DNA from: a virus
Taxonomy: Duplodnaviria > Caudoviricetes
Virus record (IMG/VR): IMGVR_UViG_3300031994_000039
Span: 1 to 64,000 of that record
Direction: 5' to 3' (one strand)
DNA: 64,000 nt
Shown: positions 9,621 through 19,824 of the stretch, one piece after another
Position numbering within the stretch: position 1 is the first letter of the stretch
Layout: each line of letters starts with the position of its first letter
Program-made: the position numbers and the translations under genes
Notes under the pieces: model-generated
What the model saw: the letters and a program-made list of their open reading frames with translations, nothing else
The model's database searches: none
What the model was told of the DNA's origin: nothing

Positions 9621-9630
9621 GCAACTCACC

Positions 9631-10125
9631 TCACTTTCCTGAAGAGCCGAGCATCCCGGTTCCTCTTTCTGTCGGGAGGTTAAGGATCTCAGAATAATCA
9701 ACTAAGACTGATGGGAATTCATCAACCTTGTGAAGAATCATCTGAGCAATAGCCTTTGAATAAGGATAAACGATATAATCCTTTTCAAGTGCCTCCGTAT
9801 CTGTTTCTTTTGTAATTAATATTGGCTTATCATTTGTGTTAGTGATAGCCACAAATGTTTCACCTGTGAAGTTTCCGTCAAGAACACCAGCCGATTTCTT
9901 AATACCTCTTGAACCTGTTGAGCCTCGTTCTTCAATCTGGAAGTAGTATCCTTTTGGAGGATGATACGCCATGTTGGTTGGAACGAGTCTTGTTGTAAAC
10001 GGTTCGATAATCATGCTATCCTGAACTAAGGATGCATAGATGTCGTATCCGGCTGACCCCTCTTCTTTATTAGGTACAACAAAATCTCTGTTCTTGTCTA
10101 CCTGTGCGAACATTATACAGTCCAT
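9631..10125 (-). CDS. dut: Trimeric dUTPase
   Basis: GSAGYDI, ERGSTG, GVLDGNFTGE, AIAQM, RGTGMLGSSG motifs. Confidence 0.92.
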   Translation of the reverse strand: MDCIMFAQVDKNRDFVVPNKEEGSAGYDIYASLVQDSMIIEPFTTRLVPTNMAYHPPKGYYFQIEERGSTGSRGIKKSAGVLDGNFTGETFVAITNTNDKPILITKETDTEALEKDYIVYPYSKAIAQMILHKVDEFPSVLVDYSEILNLPTERGTGMLGSSGK

Positions 10126-10691
10126 TTTTCTTTCCCCTTTCTTAAAAGCCTTCTGTAAATATACAGATATATCACGTTATCTATACAGTTACCTACTAAC
10201 GCAAGTATGAACATTATCTTTAGTGGTATTGGGAACGCGATCGAAACTCCAGCTCCGATTAATGTCGCTACTGAAACAACGACGTTATTATTGTTATCAA
10301 ATCTTTCACGTGACTTCTCTGAAGGATTAACCTTCGCTCTCATCTTGGTGCCCCCACAGGCAAGATTACGAGTAATCAAAGCGTAGATAATAATGTTCAT
10401 CAAAAAATATACGTTTAGATTTCCAGTGATTAATACCATCGCAAATAGTATTATATCGGCTACCATCTCGCCCCATAAAATTATTCTGTAAAACCTGAAT
10501 AATTTATCACTGTGTCTATTCCATATCGTGCAGAACACGGCGGTTCCTAAACAACAAAGTATCTGTTCAAGTCCTATATAAAACGAAGGAACTACCTTGA
10601 GTGTTTCTGCATAGATGTATGGATATGACATTGCGTAGAACAATGTACTGGTGAACGCCGCCAGCAGCATTAAATTTGAAAGTTTTCTCAT
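10113..10691 (-). CDS. Multi-pass membrane protein (half-MFS-like)
   Basis: About 6 hydrophobic segments. Confidence 0.55.
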   Translation of the reverse strand: MRKLSNLMLLAAFTSTLFYAMSYPYIYAETLKVVPSFYIGLEQILCCLGTAVFCTIWNRHSDKLFRFYRIILWGEMVADIILFAMVLITGNLNVYFLMNIIIYALITRNLACGGTKMRAKVNPSEKSRERFDNNNNVVVSVATLIGAGVSIAFPIPLKIMFILALVGNCIDNVIYLYIYRRLLRKGKEKWTV

Positions 10692-10696
10692 TTTGC

Positions 10697-10885
10697 TTAG
10701 TCCTTACAATACTTATACAAGTCCATTGGATCGTCTGACTCATATTTGGTTTTAACCGGTCCGTTCTTGCCAGACTTCCACAGGAAATACTTCTGCCTGT
10801 AATGGTTAGAAGTAATATAATAAACTTTGTCAGTGAGCGTACAGAATGTTACCCACAGTTTTTCATCATTAAACTTTGGATCCAT
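10697..10885 (-). CDS. Hypothetical protein
   Basis: AAGGAG RBS; ORF track. Confidence 0.55.
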   Translation of the reverse strand: MDPKFNDEKLWVTFCTLTDKVYYITSNHYRQKYFLWKSGKNGPVKTKYESDDPMDLYKYCKD

Positions 10886-10951
10886 TCTCGCTCTCCTTAT
10901 CGAATTCTTCTATCGGTATTGTCTTTACTTCACAGTTTATAATGTTATTCT

Positions 10952-11464
10952 TCATATATTTGCCTCTGAATATTCAAAATCGTAATCATAATGATTCGTT
11001 AATTTTTCGCCTTTTAAAATCATAGTTACGGTCTTTCTATTTATATTCAGTTCAGAGCACATACTTCTTATTGATTTAAATGTTTTAATAAGTCTGTGCG
11101 TTATCTTGTCATACACATTAATGGCATGACATCTTGTTTTGAACCTATAAAGACCATGATCATATCCATGCTGGGTGTTAGTCTTATTATCAACCCACTC
11201 AAGATTATCAAGATTGTTATTAAGCTTATCCCCGTCGATATGATTTACCTGCGGAAGATTATCCGGGTTAGGTATAAAAGCCAATGCTAAAAGTCTATGG
11301 ACTCTTTTGCTATGTCTATTCCCATCTTCTCCTTTTAAATAACACTGTTTATACCCCACTGCATCGGTCCACGTACAGACAGCAGCGTCCCTCTTTGTAT
11401 CATAAATTATTCCGTCATCCCTGATCTCATATCGCTCAAAACCTTTAATCGGTCTTGATTTCAT
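10952..11464 (-). CDS. Free-standing HNH homing endonuclease (NUMOD4-HNH type)
   Basis: IKGFERYEI, VHRLLALAFIPNPDNLPQVNHIDGDKLNNNLDNLEW; C-terminal HTH. Confidence 0.9.
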   Translation of the reverse strand: MKSRPIKGFERYEIRDDGIIYDTKRDAAVCTWTDAVGYKQCYLKGEDGNRHSKRVHRLLALAFIPNPDNLPQVNHIDGDKLNNNLDNLEWVDNKTNTQHGYDHGLYRFKTRCHAINVYDKITHRLIKTFKSIRSMCSELNINRKTVTMILKGEKLTNHYDYDFEYSEANI

Positions 11465-11966
11465 TTTTCTCCTTAGCCCACATTATATCTCCTGTGAACG
11501 GAGATATTGTTTTTCTCCATATATTCTGATTTGACGACCCTCTCCATTTTAAAGAGACATCTCTTTTTTCATATTCAAAACGCCCGTCTATAACAACATC
11601 AATGTCATCAAGTGGAGCTTTGATAGTCTGAAGTTCATCAAAGGTGTACCCAGTCCACACCCAAATGGTTTTATTGTTACCATATCTCCTTCGTATTCTG
11701 GATATTAAAGCTGATACCTCATTAATATTTCCTGGAGCAAAAGGATCGCCGCCGGTTATTGTTATACCGTCTATATAATCCTTATCAAGCCATTCATAAA
11801 TATATTTCTCTGTTTCCTCTGTGAATGCGTGACCAAAGTTGTAATCCCAGGATTCCTGGTTGTGGCATTTAGGACAATGATGTTCGCAACCGCTCACAAA
11901 CAGCACTGTTCTGAAACCAGTACCATTCAGTACATCACATTCAGCTATCCCACAATAATTCATCAC
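11445..11966 (-). CDS. nrdG: Anaerobic ribonucleotide reductase activase (radical SAM)
   Basis: NGTGFRTVLFVSGCEHHCPKCHN, TGGDP, WRGSSNQ. Confidence 0.95.
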   Translation of the reverse strand: MMNYCGIAECDVLNGTGFRTVLFVSGCEHHCPKCHNQESWDYNFGHAFTEETEKYIYEWLDKDYIDGITITGGDPFAPGNINEVSALISRIRRRYGNNKTIWVWTGYTFDELQTIKAPLDDIDVVIDGRFEYEKRDVSLKWRGSSNQNIWRKTISPFTGDIMWAKEKNEIKTD

Positions 11967-14387
11967 TCGATTACCCCTTTCAATGAGTCATGTCTATGCG
12001 CCATTTCTTTCATCTTACCATCAACAGATGGTCTTTCTGAAAGGCTTCCTAAATCGTCTGTTGCTTTGTGACCTATGTAATAGGCGGGTAGGTATTTCTG
12101 CCTACCTCTCGTGTTTATTTGGCTTATGCACGAGTCCGGACTGGATCTTCACCCTATTGGATAGGGGGCAGGCGGAGGTTTATATATTACTATATAAACC
12201 ATTACAGTCTCTACGGATTTTTATCAATAAGATAAATCTTTCCTCGGTCTTGATGATATAACCAATTCACCTTTAACCGATATAGCCTACTTCTTTCAAT
12301 ACGTTACCGTATTGTCGGGCAATTCTTTACCCGCATAAACGACGTATTACACTCATCTTAGAGTTATCTTCGTTACCACACTGAGGACATCTGAATTTAT
12401 TTGTTGTATCTTCAACCGTTTCCATCTCGCCAACATAGTTACAACAGAAGCACCTATCTGAGCTGACATTCACACCGAAGTAATGACATTTGTCATAAGC
12501 GTATGTAATTGTTTTCTCAAGAGCCTCAGGATTGTGAACCATACTTGGATACTCCACATACTGGATGGCTCCTCCGGTTGCAAGCTTGGACATATTGCTT
12601 TCAAGGTCAACCTTATCAAAAGCGATAATGCTTTCATCAGAAGGGTAGTGGAATGAGTTCTCGTAATAACCCTTATCATTTACTCCCTCAATAACACCGA
12701 ATTCAGCAACGTCTGAACGACAGAACTTAGTCGCGAGGACCTCGGCGGGGGTGCTGTAGAGAGAGAATCCGATGTTGGTTTCATCCTTCTTCTTCTGAGC
12801 ATAATCCTTCATAAACTGAACCATCTTAATACCCTTCTCTACCATATCTCTATTAGTATTAAAGGATTCACCATAAAGAGCTATAAGTGCATTATGCACG
12901 CCAACATAGCCAAGTGAGATAGTTGATCTGTCCTTGAAGAGCAGCTTCTCGATAGTCTCTTCTGGGTCGAGTCTTGCTACAGCTCCGTACATATAAAGAA
13001 TAGGGGCCTGTTTAGCTTTAACATTAACAAGAAGTTCTCTTCTCATAAGAAGGAACTCCGATGCCATATCAAGATATTCTTTAAGAAGTTCATAGAACTT
13101 CTCTTCGTTATGGTCTGCAAGGATAGCCAGTCTCGGAAGATTTACTGAACATACTCCAAGGTTAAATCCATACATATACTCCTTACCATTAACCTCAAGT
13201 CTCGGAAGGAATGATCTGCAAGACATAGGCGGCTTATAGCTACCAGTAACCTCAACAATCTTATCATGCATAAGATAGTCAGGGTAAAGTCTTAATGAAG
13301 AGCATTTAACTGCAAGCTTAAATACATCATAGTATTTATCCTCTGGAGAAAGGTTATTGCCTCTCTTAAGTTCAAATACTATCTTAGGAAATACAGGTGT
13401 AACTCCCCCAGTAAGTCCAGCAATTCTCTGATTTAACATTGCGGTTACAATCATATGCTGAATCTTCTGGTCTTCTTCGGACGCATCAAGGTCGATTGTG
13501 TCAAGCTCAATAGTAATAAACGGAACTTCTCCTCTTGCGTTAGTAAGAGTCTGAACCTCATACTCTAAGCTCTGCATACCGTTTTTGATTTCTTTCTCTA
13601 ACTGCTTCCACGCAAATTCCTCAAACCTTTCTGGAATAACATAGCCTTCGTCAAATGCCTTATACTTTTCAAGGCTCTTCTTTGCATATTTGCAAAGTCC
13701 CTTAACTAACTGCGGAAAGGTTATTCCTCCGTAGCAGTTTGATGAAACATGAGCTGCTATCTGACTAAGTAAAGCGATTGCAGTTTCAAAAGACTTAGGC
13801 TCTTCGATAGGCGCCTCGCCTATAACCATTCCATTTTCAAAACAGTCCTGCCAGTTCACAAGCATACAATTGAAGAACGGAAGTCCTAAGTAATTCATAT
13901 CATGAATATAGATTTCTTTTTCATGATGCTTAAGGATTCTTTCTGGAACAAAGAATCTTTTAGCCTGGTCAATGATAGTTACGTCAGAGATCATCGGTTT
14001 TAAGGTTTGAATCTTCTTACCGTCCTTATTAGCGTTATTGATAACCTCTTCGCTTGTGCCATCCTTGAGGCTGAAGATTTCATAATCAAGATTTGTCCTT
14101 GCATCTCTCACAAGTTCTCTCTTGTATCTGTATCTGATATAAGCCTTTGCAAGCTTTCTATCTCTGCCCATCAGTACATCTTCCACGATATCCTGGATCT
14201 GTTCAACTGAAATCTTTTCGGATTTTACTGTGTGGTTGATGTATGAAGTAATAAAGCTTGCGTAACAATTCGCAAGCTCCTTGTCGGCCTTATCGCCATA
14301 TATTTCAACCATAGCCTTATAAATAGCTATGGAAACTTTGTTTGTGTCATAAGGAACTTCTGTCCCATTTCTTTTGATTACAGTCAC
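11963..14387 (-). CDS. nrdD: Class III anaerobic ribonucleotide reductase, spliced (exon 1 14387-12329, exon 2 12054-11963)
   Basis: ATP cone, PPMSCRSFL, CxxC..CxxC; splicing restores the RRLCG-Y-LGS glycyl-radical motif. Confidence 0.93.
12055..12328 (-). mobile_element. Group I intron in nrdD (274 nt, no ORF)
   Basis: 5' exon ends in U (GCGGGT), pairing with GCCCG (P1). R-like CGTAGAGACTG and S-like GAAGATCCAGTCC form P7; ends in G; reading frame restored. Confidence 0.88.
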
Positions 14388-14399
14388 CTATATCACCCC

Positions 14400-15332
14400 T
14401 TAATAACTGAATGTGCTTGCCGGAACCACGATGCCCCCGTATAATGTAAATGTCTTTGTCTCAGGCTCGTCGATTGTCCAAACCTGCTGTGCTCCACCTG
14501 TCATTACTCTTACAGTATCGAGCGTCCACTTCAATGGCTGCTCTGGTGTAAGGTAATAATCGTATGTCTTAATTACATTATCCTTGGAGGTTATATTTGT
14601 TGTTTCACGAGAAGTCCATACATGATAGCCGTGAATCGCACTGATGCTTTCGATGAAGCTTCTGAATCTCTTGTTGTGTGTAGAGATGATAACTGCACCG
14701 TTTGAAACTTGTTTGCCGCAGGCTGCGATAAATCCCTCGAAAATATTACAGATATCGTCGTGAGACATATACTCCCAGAAGCTTACTTCGATAAGTCTAT
14801 CCTTTGCACACTTCTCTCTTTTCTTCATAAGTGTAACAAGTTCATCGTTATCTTCGCCATCAACAACCCAGCCATCGTCAAGGAAAATCTGCTTGTACTT
14901 CATTCTGGATTTTGTAAGGTTGATCTTAGTCGAACCGCTCGTTACTCTGACATATCCGGTCCCTTCGTCGAACGCTCTGATTTCAATACCGGCACCGAGA
15001 ATATAGCCGAATATCCACTGCCTTGGTATAAGAGGATAATCGTACTTCACCTTCTGGAAATCCATAATACAGTCATTCTCGATTATTGTTCTCGGAGTTC
15101 CTGACTGCAGAGGCCATCTCAAACCTTTGGTACAGCCAATCATTCTGATAGCTGAAAGGCTGCGGAAGCTGTAATGATAAAGCTTCTCCTTTGTTTCGCT
15201 CTTGCGTGCTATGCCGCGTCGCCATACGCCATCTGCGCAAAGAACATTAACACTCTGTCCCTCGCAAAGCTGCCGAAAAGACTTGACGCCTTCGTCAGTG
15301 ACGAGCATAGTATCGCTATGATATCCTTCCAT
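14400..15332 (-). CDS. Stand-alone degenerate intein (Hint + LAGLIDADG-like)
   Basis: Block A-like GYHSDTMLVTDEGVKSF; LAGLIDADG-like IFGYILGAG and IFEGFIAACG; block F/G-like VWTIDEPETKTFTLYGGIVV. Cys1 and the terminal Asn are absent. Confidence 0.7.
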   Translation of the reverse strand: MEGYHSDTMLVTDEGVKSFRQLCEGQSVNVLCADGVWRRGIARKSETKEKLYHYSFRSLSAIRMIGCTKGLRWPLQSGTPRTIIENDCIMDFQKVKYDYPLIPRQWIFGYILGAGIEIRAFDEGTGYVRVTSGSTKINLTKSRMKYKQIFLDDGWVVDGEDNDELVTLMKKREKCAKDRLIEVSFWEYMSHDDICNIFEGFIAACGKQVSNGAVIISTHNKRFRSFIESISAIHGYHVWTSRETTNITSKDNVIKTYDYYLTPEQPLKWTLDTVRVMTGGAQQVWTIDEPETKTFTLYGGIVVPASTFSY

Positions 15333-15667
15333 TATTCTTCACTCCCCTTCTTTGCTTTTCGGGCTACTTCTTTCTTGTAGCCTTCGATGATATAGACCCT
15401 TGCTATATCTGGACAATACTTCATCAGGGCGTTCTCGACCTGAATCTGTAAGTCCTTTGCGTTAATCAAATCTTTCTTGTGTTTTGACACCCAGGATCTG
15501 ACTTCCGCCTTGTATATCGTCCGGGCTAAATCAATAGCAATCGCCCGACCTGCTCTTGGACGGGCGACCCCATGCGCTTTGATTATGCCTTCAAATAATT
15601 TTGATTTATCGAAATCCTCGATACGACCATCACGCTTTTTAACTGAGCGTATTGGATCTACTGCCAT
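15332..15667 (-). CDS. Stand-alone ATP-cone protein
   Basis: VKKRDGRIEDFDKSK...IQVENALM...ARVYI. Confidence 0.8.
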   Translation of the reverse strand: MAVDPIRSVKKRDGRIEDFDKSKLFEGIIKAHGVARPRAGRAIAIDLARTIYKAEVRSWVSKHKKDLINAKDLQIQVENALMKYCPDIARVYIIEGYKKEVARKAKKGSEE

Positions 15668-15686
15668 GAGGCCATCCCCTTTCTTT

Positions 15687-17114
15687 TTATAACGTTATAG
15701 TTGTCCCTGAATTAACACAGATAACCCTCTGTGTTTTGTTGTTCTTATATATGTTATCCTGAAGTTCTTTACAGAACTTTTCTTTGTCTGCGAAGTTACC
15801 ATGTACCAAAGCTATCTTCTCGCAGTTTAATGATGTATAGTAATCAACCAGGTCATCATGTTGCATATGACTGGAGAACGAGGTGAGCTTAGTTACGAAC
15901 GCCTTGTTAGGAATTGACTTACCCTCGACTGTGATATACTTCTGCTCGCCCTTCTTGATTTTGTCTGCGAGCGAACCCTCCGGAGCATAACCGCAGAAAA
16001 GGAAATGGTTTTTACTTGAACCCAAAAGCCTCTGGGTCCACGCAACACTTCGCCCTGCGGCAAGCATACCAGAAGATGATAAAACAATACAAGGCTCCGA
16101 GGAATCCTGCAGAGCCTTACTGTCATTGTATTCACTTATAAAATGTACGTTCTTCCAGGTCATTACCTTTTCCCAGTAATGCATCTGTTCTTCACTCACA
16201 ATATGACACATCAGATTTGAAATCTTACAAGCCATCGGTGAGTCTACGTAAACAGGAACCTTCCAATCTGGATTGTCACCATACAGCTCATACAGAACTG
16301 TAAGAATTGTCTGGCACCTATGGTTTGCGAAGACCGGAATAAGAACTTTGCCGCCCTTCTCCATTGTCTGTTCAACTACACATCTTATCTTTTCGAGATC
16401 CTGTTCTCTGTCTTTGATCCTGGATTGTCTTGCCGGACTACAGTATGTACTCTCACCAATAACAAGGTTTGCACTTGATACTGGTTCGAACTCATTAACA
16501 TAGTACGACGGCATTGTTATATTACCGAGGTCTGAAGTGTAGTAAATCTTCTTGGTCGTACTGCCATCGTTGATCCACATCTCCATATGAGCTGAGTTGG
16601 TTATATGGCCTGAATGTGAAAACTTTATCTTAATAAAGTTTTCGATATTAAACTCTTCTCCAAATGGTATCTCTTCAATAAGACTTAGCGCAGCCTTAAC
16701 GTCGTCCATATTATAAATAGGTTCAACTTCTCTTCCTTGATGTTTTAATAACTCAGCATCTCTCTCAAGAATAAAAGCGCAGTCTTCAAGAAGAATCTTT
16801 GCCAACCCATAATTCATTTCTGGAATATAGACCTTACCAAAAAAGCCTCGCTTAACTAACAAAGGCAACATGCCAATATGGTCCAAATGTGAATGAGCTA
16901 TAAACACAGTCTTAATATCTTTCGCTTTAAAAGGAAACTTTCTATTATTTATTCTGTACGATTCAAGTGTTGACCTTGAAGACTGGTTAAACCCACATTC
17001 GATTAAAAGTTGATAATCTCCTACTGCAACATGAGTCATGCTACCAGTTACTTCGGTCGCATTAGTTCCGCAGAACGAAACCTTGATTCCTGATTTTGTT
17101 TTCTTCTTAGCCAT
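15687..17114 (-). CDS. Metallo-beta-lactamase/beta-CASP ribonuclease
   Basis: HSHLDHIG, GHI, SDLG, ESTY, SSSGML..GR and FSSH motifs. Confidence 0.92.
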   Translation of the reverse strand: MAKKKTKSGIKVSFCGTNATEVTGSMTHVAVGDYQLLIECGFNQSSRSTLESYRINNRKFPFKAKDIKTVFIAHSHLDHIGMLPLLVKRGFFGKVYIPEMNYGLAKILLEDCAFILERDAELLKHQGREVEPIYNMDDVKAALSLIEEIPFGEEFNIENFIKIKFSHSGHITNSAHMEMWINDGSTTKKIYYTSDLGNITMPSYYVNEFEPVSSANLVIGESTYCSPARQSRIKDREQDLEKIRCVVEQTMEKGGKVLIPVFANHRCQTILTVLYELYGDNPDWKVPVYVDSPMACKISNLMCHIVSEEQMHYWEKVMTWKNVHFISEYNDSKALQDSSEPCIVLSSSGMLAAGRSVAWTQRLLGSSKNHFLFCGYAPEGSLADKIKKGEQKYITVEGKSIPNKAFVTKLTSFSSHMQHDDLVDYYTSLNCEKIALVHGNFADKEKFCKELQDNIYKNNKTQRVICVNSGTTITL

Positions 17115-17129
17115 AAAGCGTCACCCGCC

Positions 17130-17903
17130 TTATGCTTTATTAAAGATGTTGTAGCAACCCTCTTCGTCGTGAGTAAACAGTTCAACAAAGGAAATATCTT
17201 CGCCGATAATAGCATCGATAAGACCAAGATCCTTTGCTTCGTCTGCGAACATATATGTTTCCTGACGCTTTGTGTCTGCGAGCTCTTTCATAGTAAGCTT
17301 GCTCTTAGACGCAATAAGCTTATCAAGTCTTTCATCCACTCTGTCGTAGAACTTAACAGTATCTCTGAACTTAGAAGAGCTGTCAACAATACCGGTCTGA
17401 CCATCATGATTAAGAAGGACAGCATTCTTCATAGCCACTCTGTAGTTGCATGATACAGCAATCACGAACGCCATTGAGCAAGCGTAGCCAATGACAATAC
17501 TGATAACCGGAGTCTCACTTGCCTGGATAATGTCAATTAATCCGAGGCCGTCAAGAACAGAGCCGCCATAGCTATTGATAATAAGCTTAATAGGCATTCT
17601 CTCTTCTACCGGAAGATCAGCATCATTTATATTAGCCTTGATAATGAACATTGCAATGCTTGTCAAATCATGCGGTTCGATTTCCTCATTGATATAGAAG
17701 ATTCTATTCTCGATGTCTGTCATAACAACGAGCTCTTCAAAACCATATGAGAACATTTCTCCGCCGCCCTCAGAACCTGTCGTCATTACTGGCTCAAGTT
17801 CGCATGGTTCACAAGCTTCACATGTGCATTCTTCGCAGCTGCATACTTCTTCTGGAATTGCTGTTACCTTTGGTGTCTCCTCTTCTTTATGTCTCTTGCC
17901 CAT
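17130..17903 (-). CDS. ClpP-like protease with acidic/Cys-rich N-terminus
   Basis: INSYGGSV, GYACSMA (Ser), LLNH (His), ADEAKDLGLID. Confidence 0.85.
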   Translation of the reverse strand: MGKRHKEEETPKVTAIPEEVCSCEECTCEACEPCELEPVMTTGSEGGGEMFSYGFEELVVMTDIENRIFYINEEIEPHDLTSIAMFIIKANINDADLPVEERMPIKLIINSYGGSVLDGLGLIDIIQASETPVISIVIGYACSMAFVIAVSCNYRVAMKNAVLLNHDGQTGIVDSSSKFRDTVKFYDRVDERLDKLIASKSKLTMKELADTKRQETYMFADEAKDLGLIDAIIGEDISFVELFTHDEEGCYNIFNKA

Positions 17904-17924
17904 ATTTAAAATCCTCCCTTTATC

Positions 17925-18365
17925 TTATTCTTTTGCATCTGGTATAATAATATAACTGTCTATATCTACTTCGATATACTCGGTATCTGCCCACATGCGA
18001 CTGGTAAACCAATTGCTCCATAAACTATTGAGCTGGTCTTTGCCATACTTAACTTTCTGGTTATACTCTATAGCTTCGTCAATGCCGTGATTGTGAGTAA
18101 CTGGATCATCTGAATTTATCTCTGCCATAATCTTATGACGTGAATTTAATAACTTAACAATATCCATATCTTCAGGACAGGACTGAATTAACATAGCAAC
18201 AAGACATAAGACTAACCAAACGACTGTTACTATGATGACTAAAATTTTTATTTCAATATCGTGCCAGTACCACCATTTTTCATGATACTTTCCCAAGTAC
18301 CAAGCTAAAAATATTAACAGCACAACTATCATACCAAACAGGCAGATTATCAACATAACAGTCAC
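17925..18365 (-). CDS. Membrane protein
   Basis: Two N-terminal TM segments. Confidence 0.6.
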   Translation of the reverse strand: MTVMLIICLFGMIVVLLIFLAWYLGKYHEKWWYWHDIEIKILVIIVTVVWLVLCLVAMLIQSCPEDMDIVKLLNSRHKIMAEINSDDPVTHNHGIDEAIEYNQKVKYGKDQLNSLWSNWFTSRMWADTEYIEVDIDSYIIIPDAKE

Positions 18366-18376
18366 CTGCCTTTAAA

Positions 18377-18913
18377 TCACTTGTCTACTCGAATTTCTTC
18401 GTCGAGCAGATGATAAACCTTATCATAAAGGTCATTTTTTGATCCGTTGTTTACAATTGTATAGTCAGCGTTGAGCACATAATTTTCTGATTCGTGTGCA
18501 AGCTGCTCTTCAGTTAAATCACTCTGAAAATCAGGGCGTTCAACCTTGATTAAAGTTACATCATATCCACTATCCTTCCACTCATTAACCTCGTTTGGAA
18601 ATCTGGTGTCAGGAATTACGACGTAATCCCAGCAATCCGGGAAGAACTCAACCATCTGAATAATAAAGTCAACCCAGTAGTTCGGATATTTTGCACGTAC
18701 CACATTAGTACCTACATTCTGAAGAAGTGATCTACCTTTCGGTCCCTTCGTTCCGTTCCATCCGAAGAACTCCTTACAAATATATTTAAGCAGGTCGGCA
18801 TAGTGTGTGAGTAATACGCTGTTGCCTTCCTTTGTAAGAATATCGGCGATATATTTTCCGACCGTATCCTTGCCGTGTCTTGCCTTACCGTTAATTAAAA
18901 TTACCTTAGTCAT
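18377..18913 (-). CDS. Deoxynucleoside monophosphate kinase
   Basis: GKARHGKDT P-loop, YADLLK, RSLLQNVGT, DTRFPNE, HESE. Confidence 0.88.
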   Translation of the reverse strand: MTKVILINGKARHGKDTVGKYIADILTKEGNSVLLTHYADLLKYICKEFFGWNGTKGPKGRSLLQNVGTNVVRAKYPNYWVDFIIQMVEFFPDCWDYVVIPDTRFPNEVNEWKDSGYDVTLIKVERPDFQSDLTEEQLAHESENYVLNADYTIVNNGSKNDLYDKVYHLLDEEIRVDK

Positions 18914-19121
18914 TTGAAACCTCTCCAATAAACTGCATGTATTCTGGTAAATTAAGTGCGTCTAACGACTCTTCTGTATATATGAACCAGCAATCAGCAA
19001 TTGGACACGGTTCTGCTTTGACGTATTTAATCCCCAGTCTATCCATATCAACTTGAGGATGCATGTTAATACTTGATTTGGTATATGCGCCCCATATATC
19101 GTATCTATATTTATACAGCAT
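18906..19121 (-). CDS. Hypothetical protein
   Basis: GAGG RBS; ORF track. Confidence 0.55.
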   Translation of the reverse strand: MLYKYRYDIWGAYTKSSINMHPQVDMDRLGIKYVKAEPCPIADCWFIYTEESLDALNLPEYMQFIGEVSND

Positions 19122-19131
19122 AGTAATTTCC

Positions 19132-19779
19132 TCAGTTAATTATAAACTCTTCTGCATACGGAAGCTTCTCCATCCATATGCAGAAAGCTCTCCATTCAGG
19201 GAGCCTGTGTGTTTTTCTTTGTTTGTATATATTTCTTAAGCATCTGTAGTTTGTGGTAACTCTTGCAGTTAATCTGAGCCCGGTTGGACAGGAGTAAAGC
19301 AAGTTAAGATACTTCTTCTTCTTCTTCTTTTCTGGATCCATCTCGGTGTTATAGTCCTCTATAAGCTGCTTCACTACTTCTATGCAACGTTCGTCAACAT
19401 GGCCGTCGAAGCAAGTATTTGTATCAAACCTCGCAATACGGTGCATACTCGACTGGCTCGATATGAAGTATAAGAACTTATATCTCTCCGCTTCAGTCCA
19501 CGCCTTAACTGTAAATGTAAGGTCGAATGAAACCAGGATGCCGGTTAAGAACTGCCCGTGCGCAGCGTTATCACTCTCTACTGCTTTAATAAGAGATTTA
19601 CACCTGTTAATATCGGGTGTTAAATCGTATCCTTCATGACCGTCCCAAAGCCACGGTGAGATATAGTCTATCTTCTCTGTTCGCATTGGATAGCCTGAAG
19701 CTCTGAGTGTTTCGTACAGGTCGTATACTCTTGCACCTGACACAACACTGTTTTCAGTCGTTACAATTATTTCACTCAT
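19132..19779 (-). CDS. Divergent ThyX-like (FAD-dependent thymidylate synthase-like) protein
   Basis: H-containing N-motif, SQSSMHR, TTNYRCLRNIYKQRKTHRLPEW; nucleotide-metabolism context. Confidence 0.55.
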   Translation of the reverse strand: MSEIIVTTENSVVSGARVYDLYETLRASGYPMRTEKIDYISPWLWDGHEGYDLTPDINRCKSLIKAVESDNAAHGQFLTGILVSFDLTFTVKAWTEAERYKFLYFISSQSSMHRIARFDTNTCFDGHVDERCIEVVKQLIEDYNTEMDPEKKKKKKYLNLLYSCPTGLRLTARVTTNYRCLRNIYKQRKTHRLPEWRAFCIWMEKLPYAEEFIIN

Positions 19780-19824
19780 AATTATTTCCTCATTTCAACT
19801 TGTGCGTTTTTTGCACAAGTTCAA

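Noticed and set aside
11445-12054. NrdD-NrdG fusion after splicing
   Set aside because: Exon 2 ends at TGA (11965-11963), in a different frame from nrdG.
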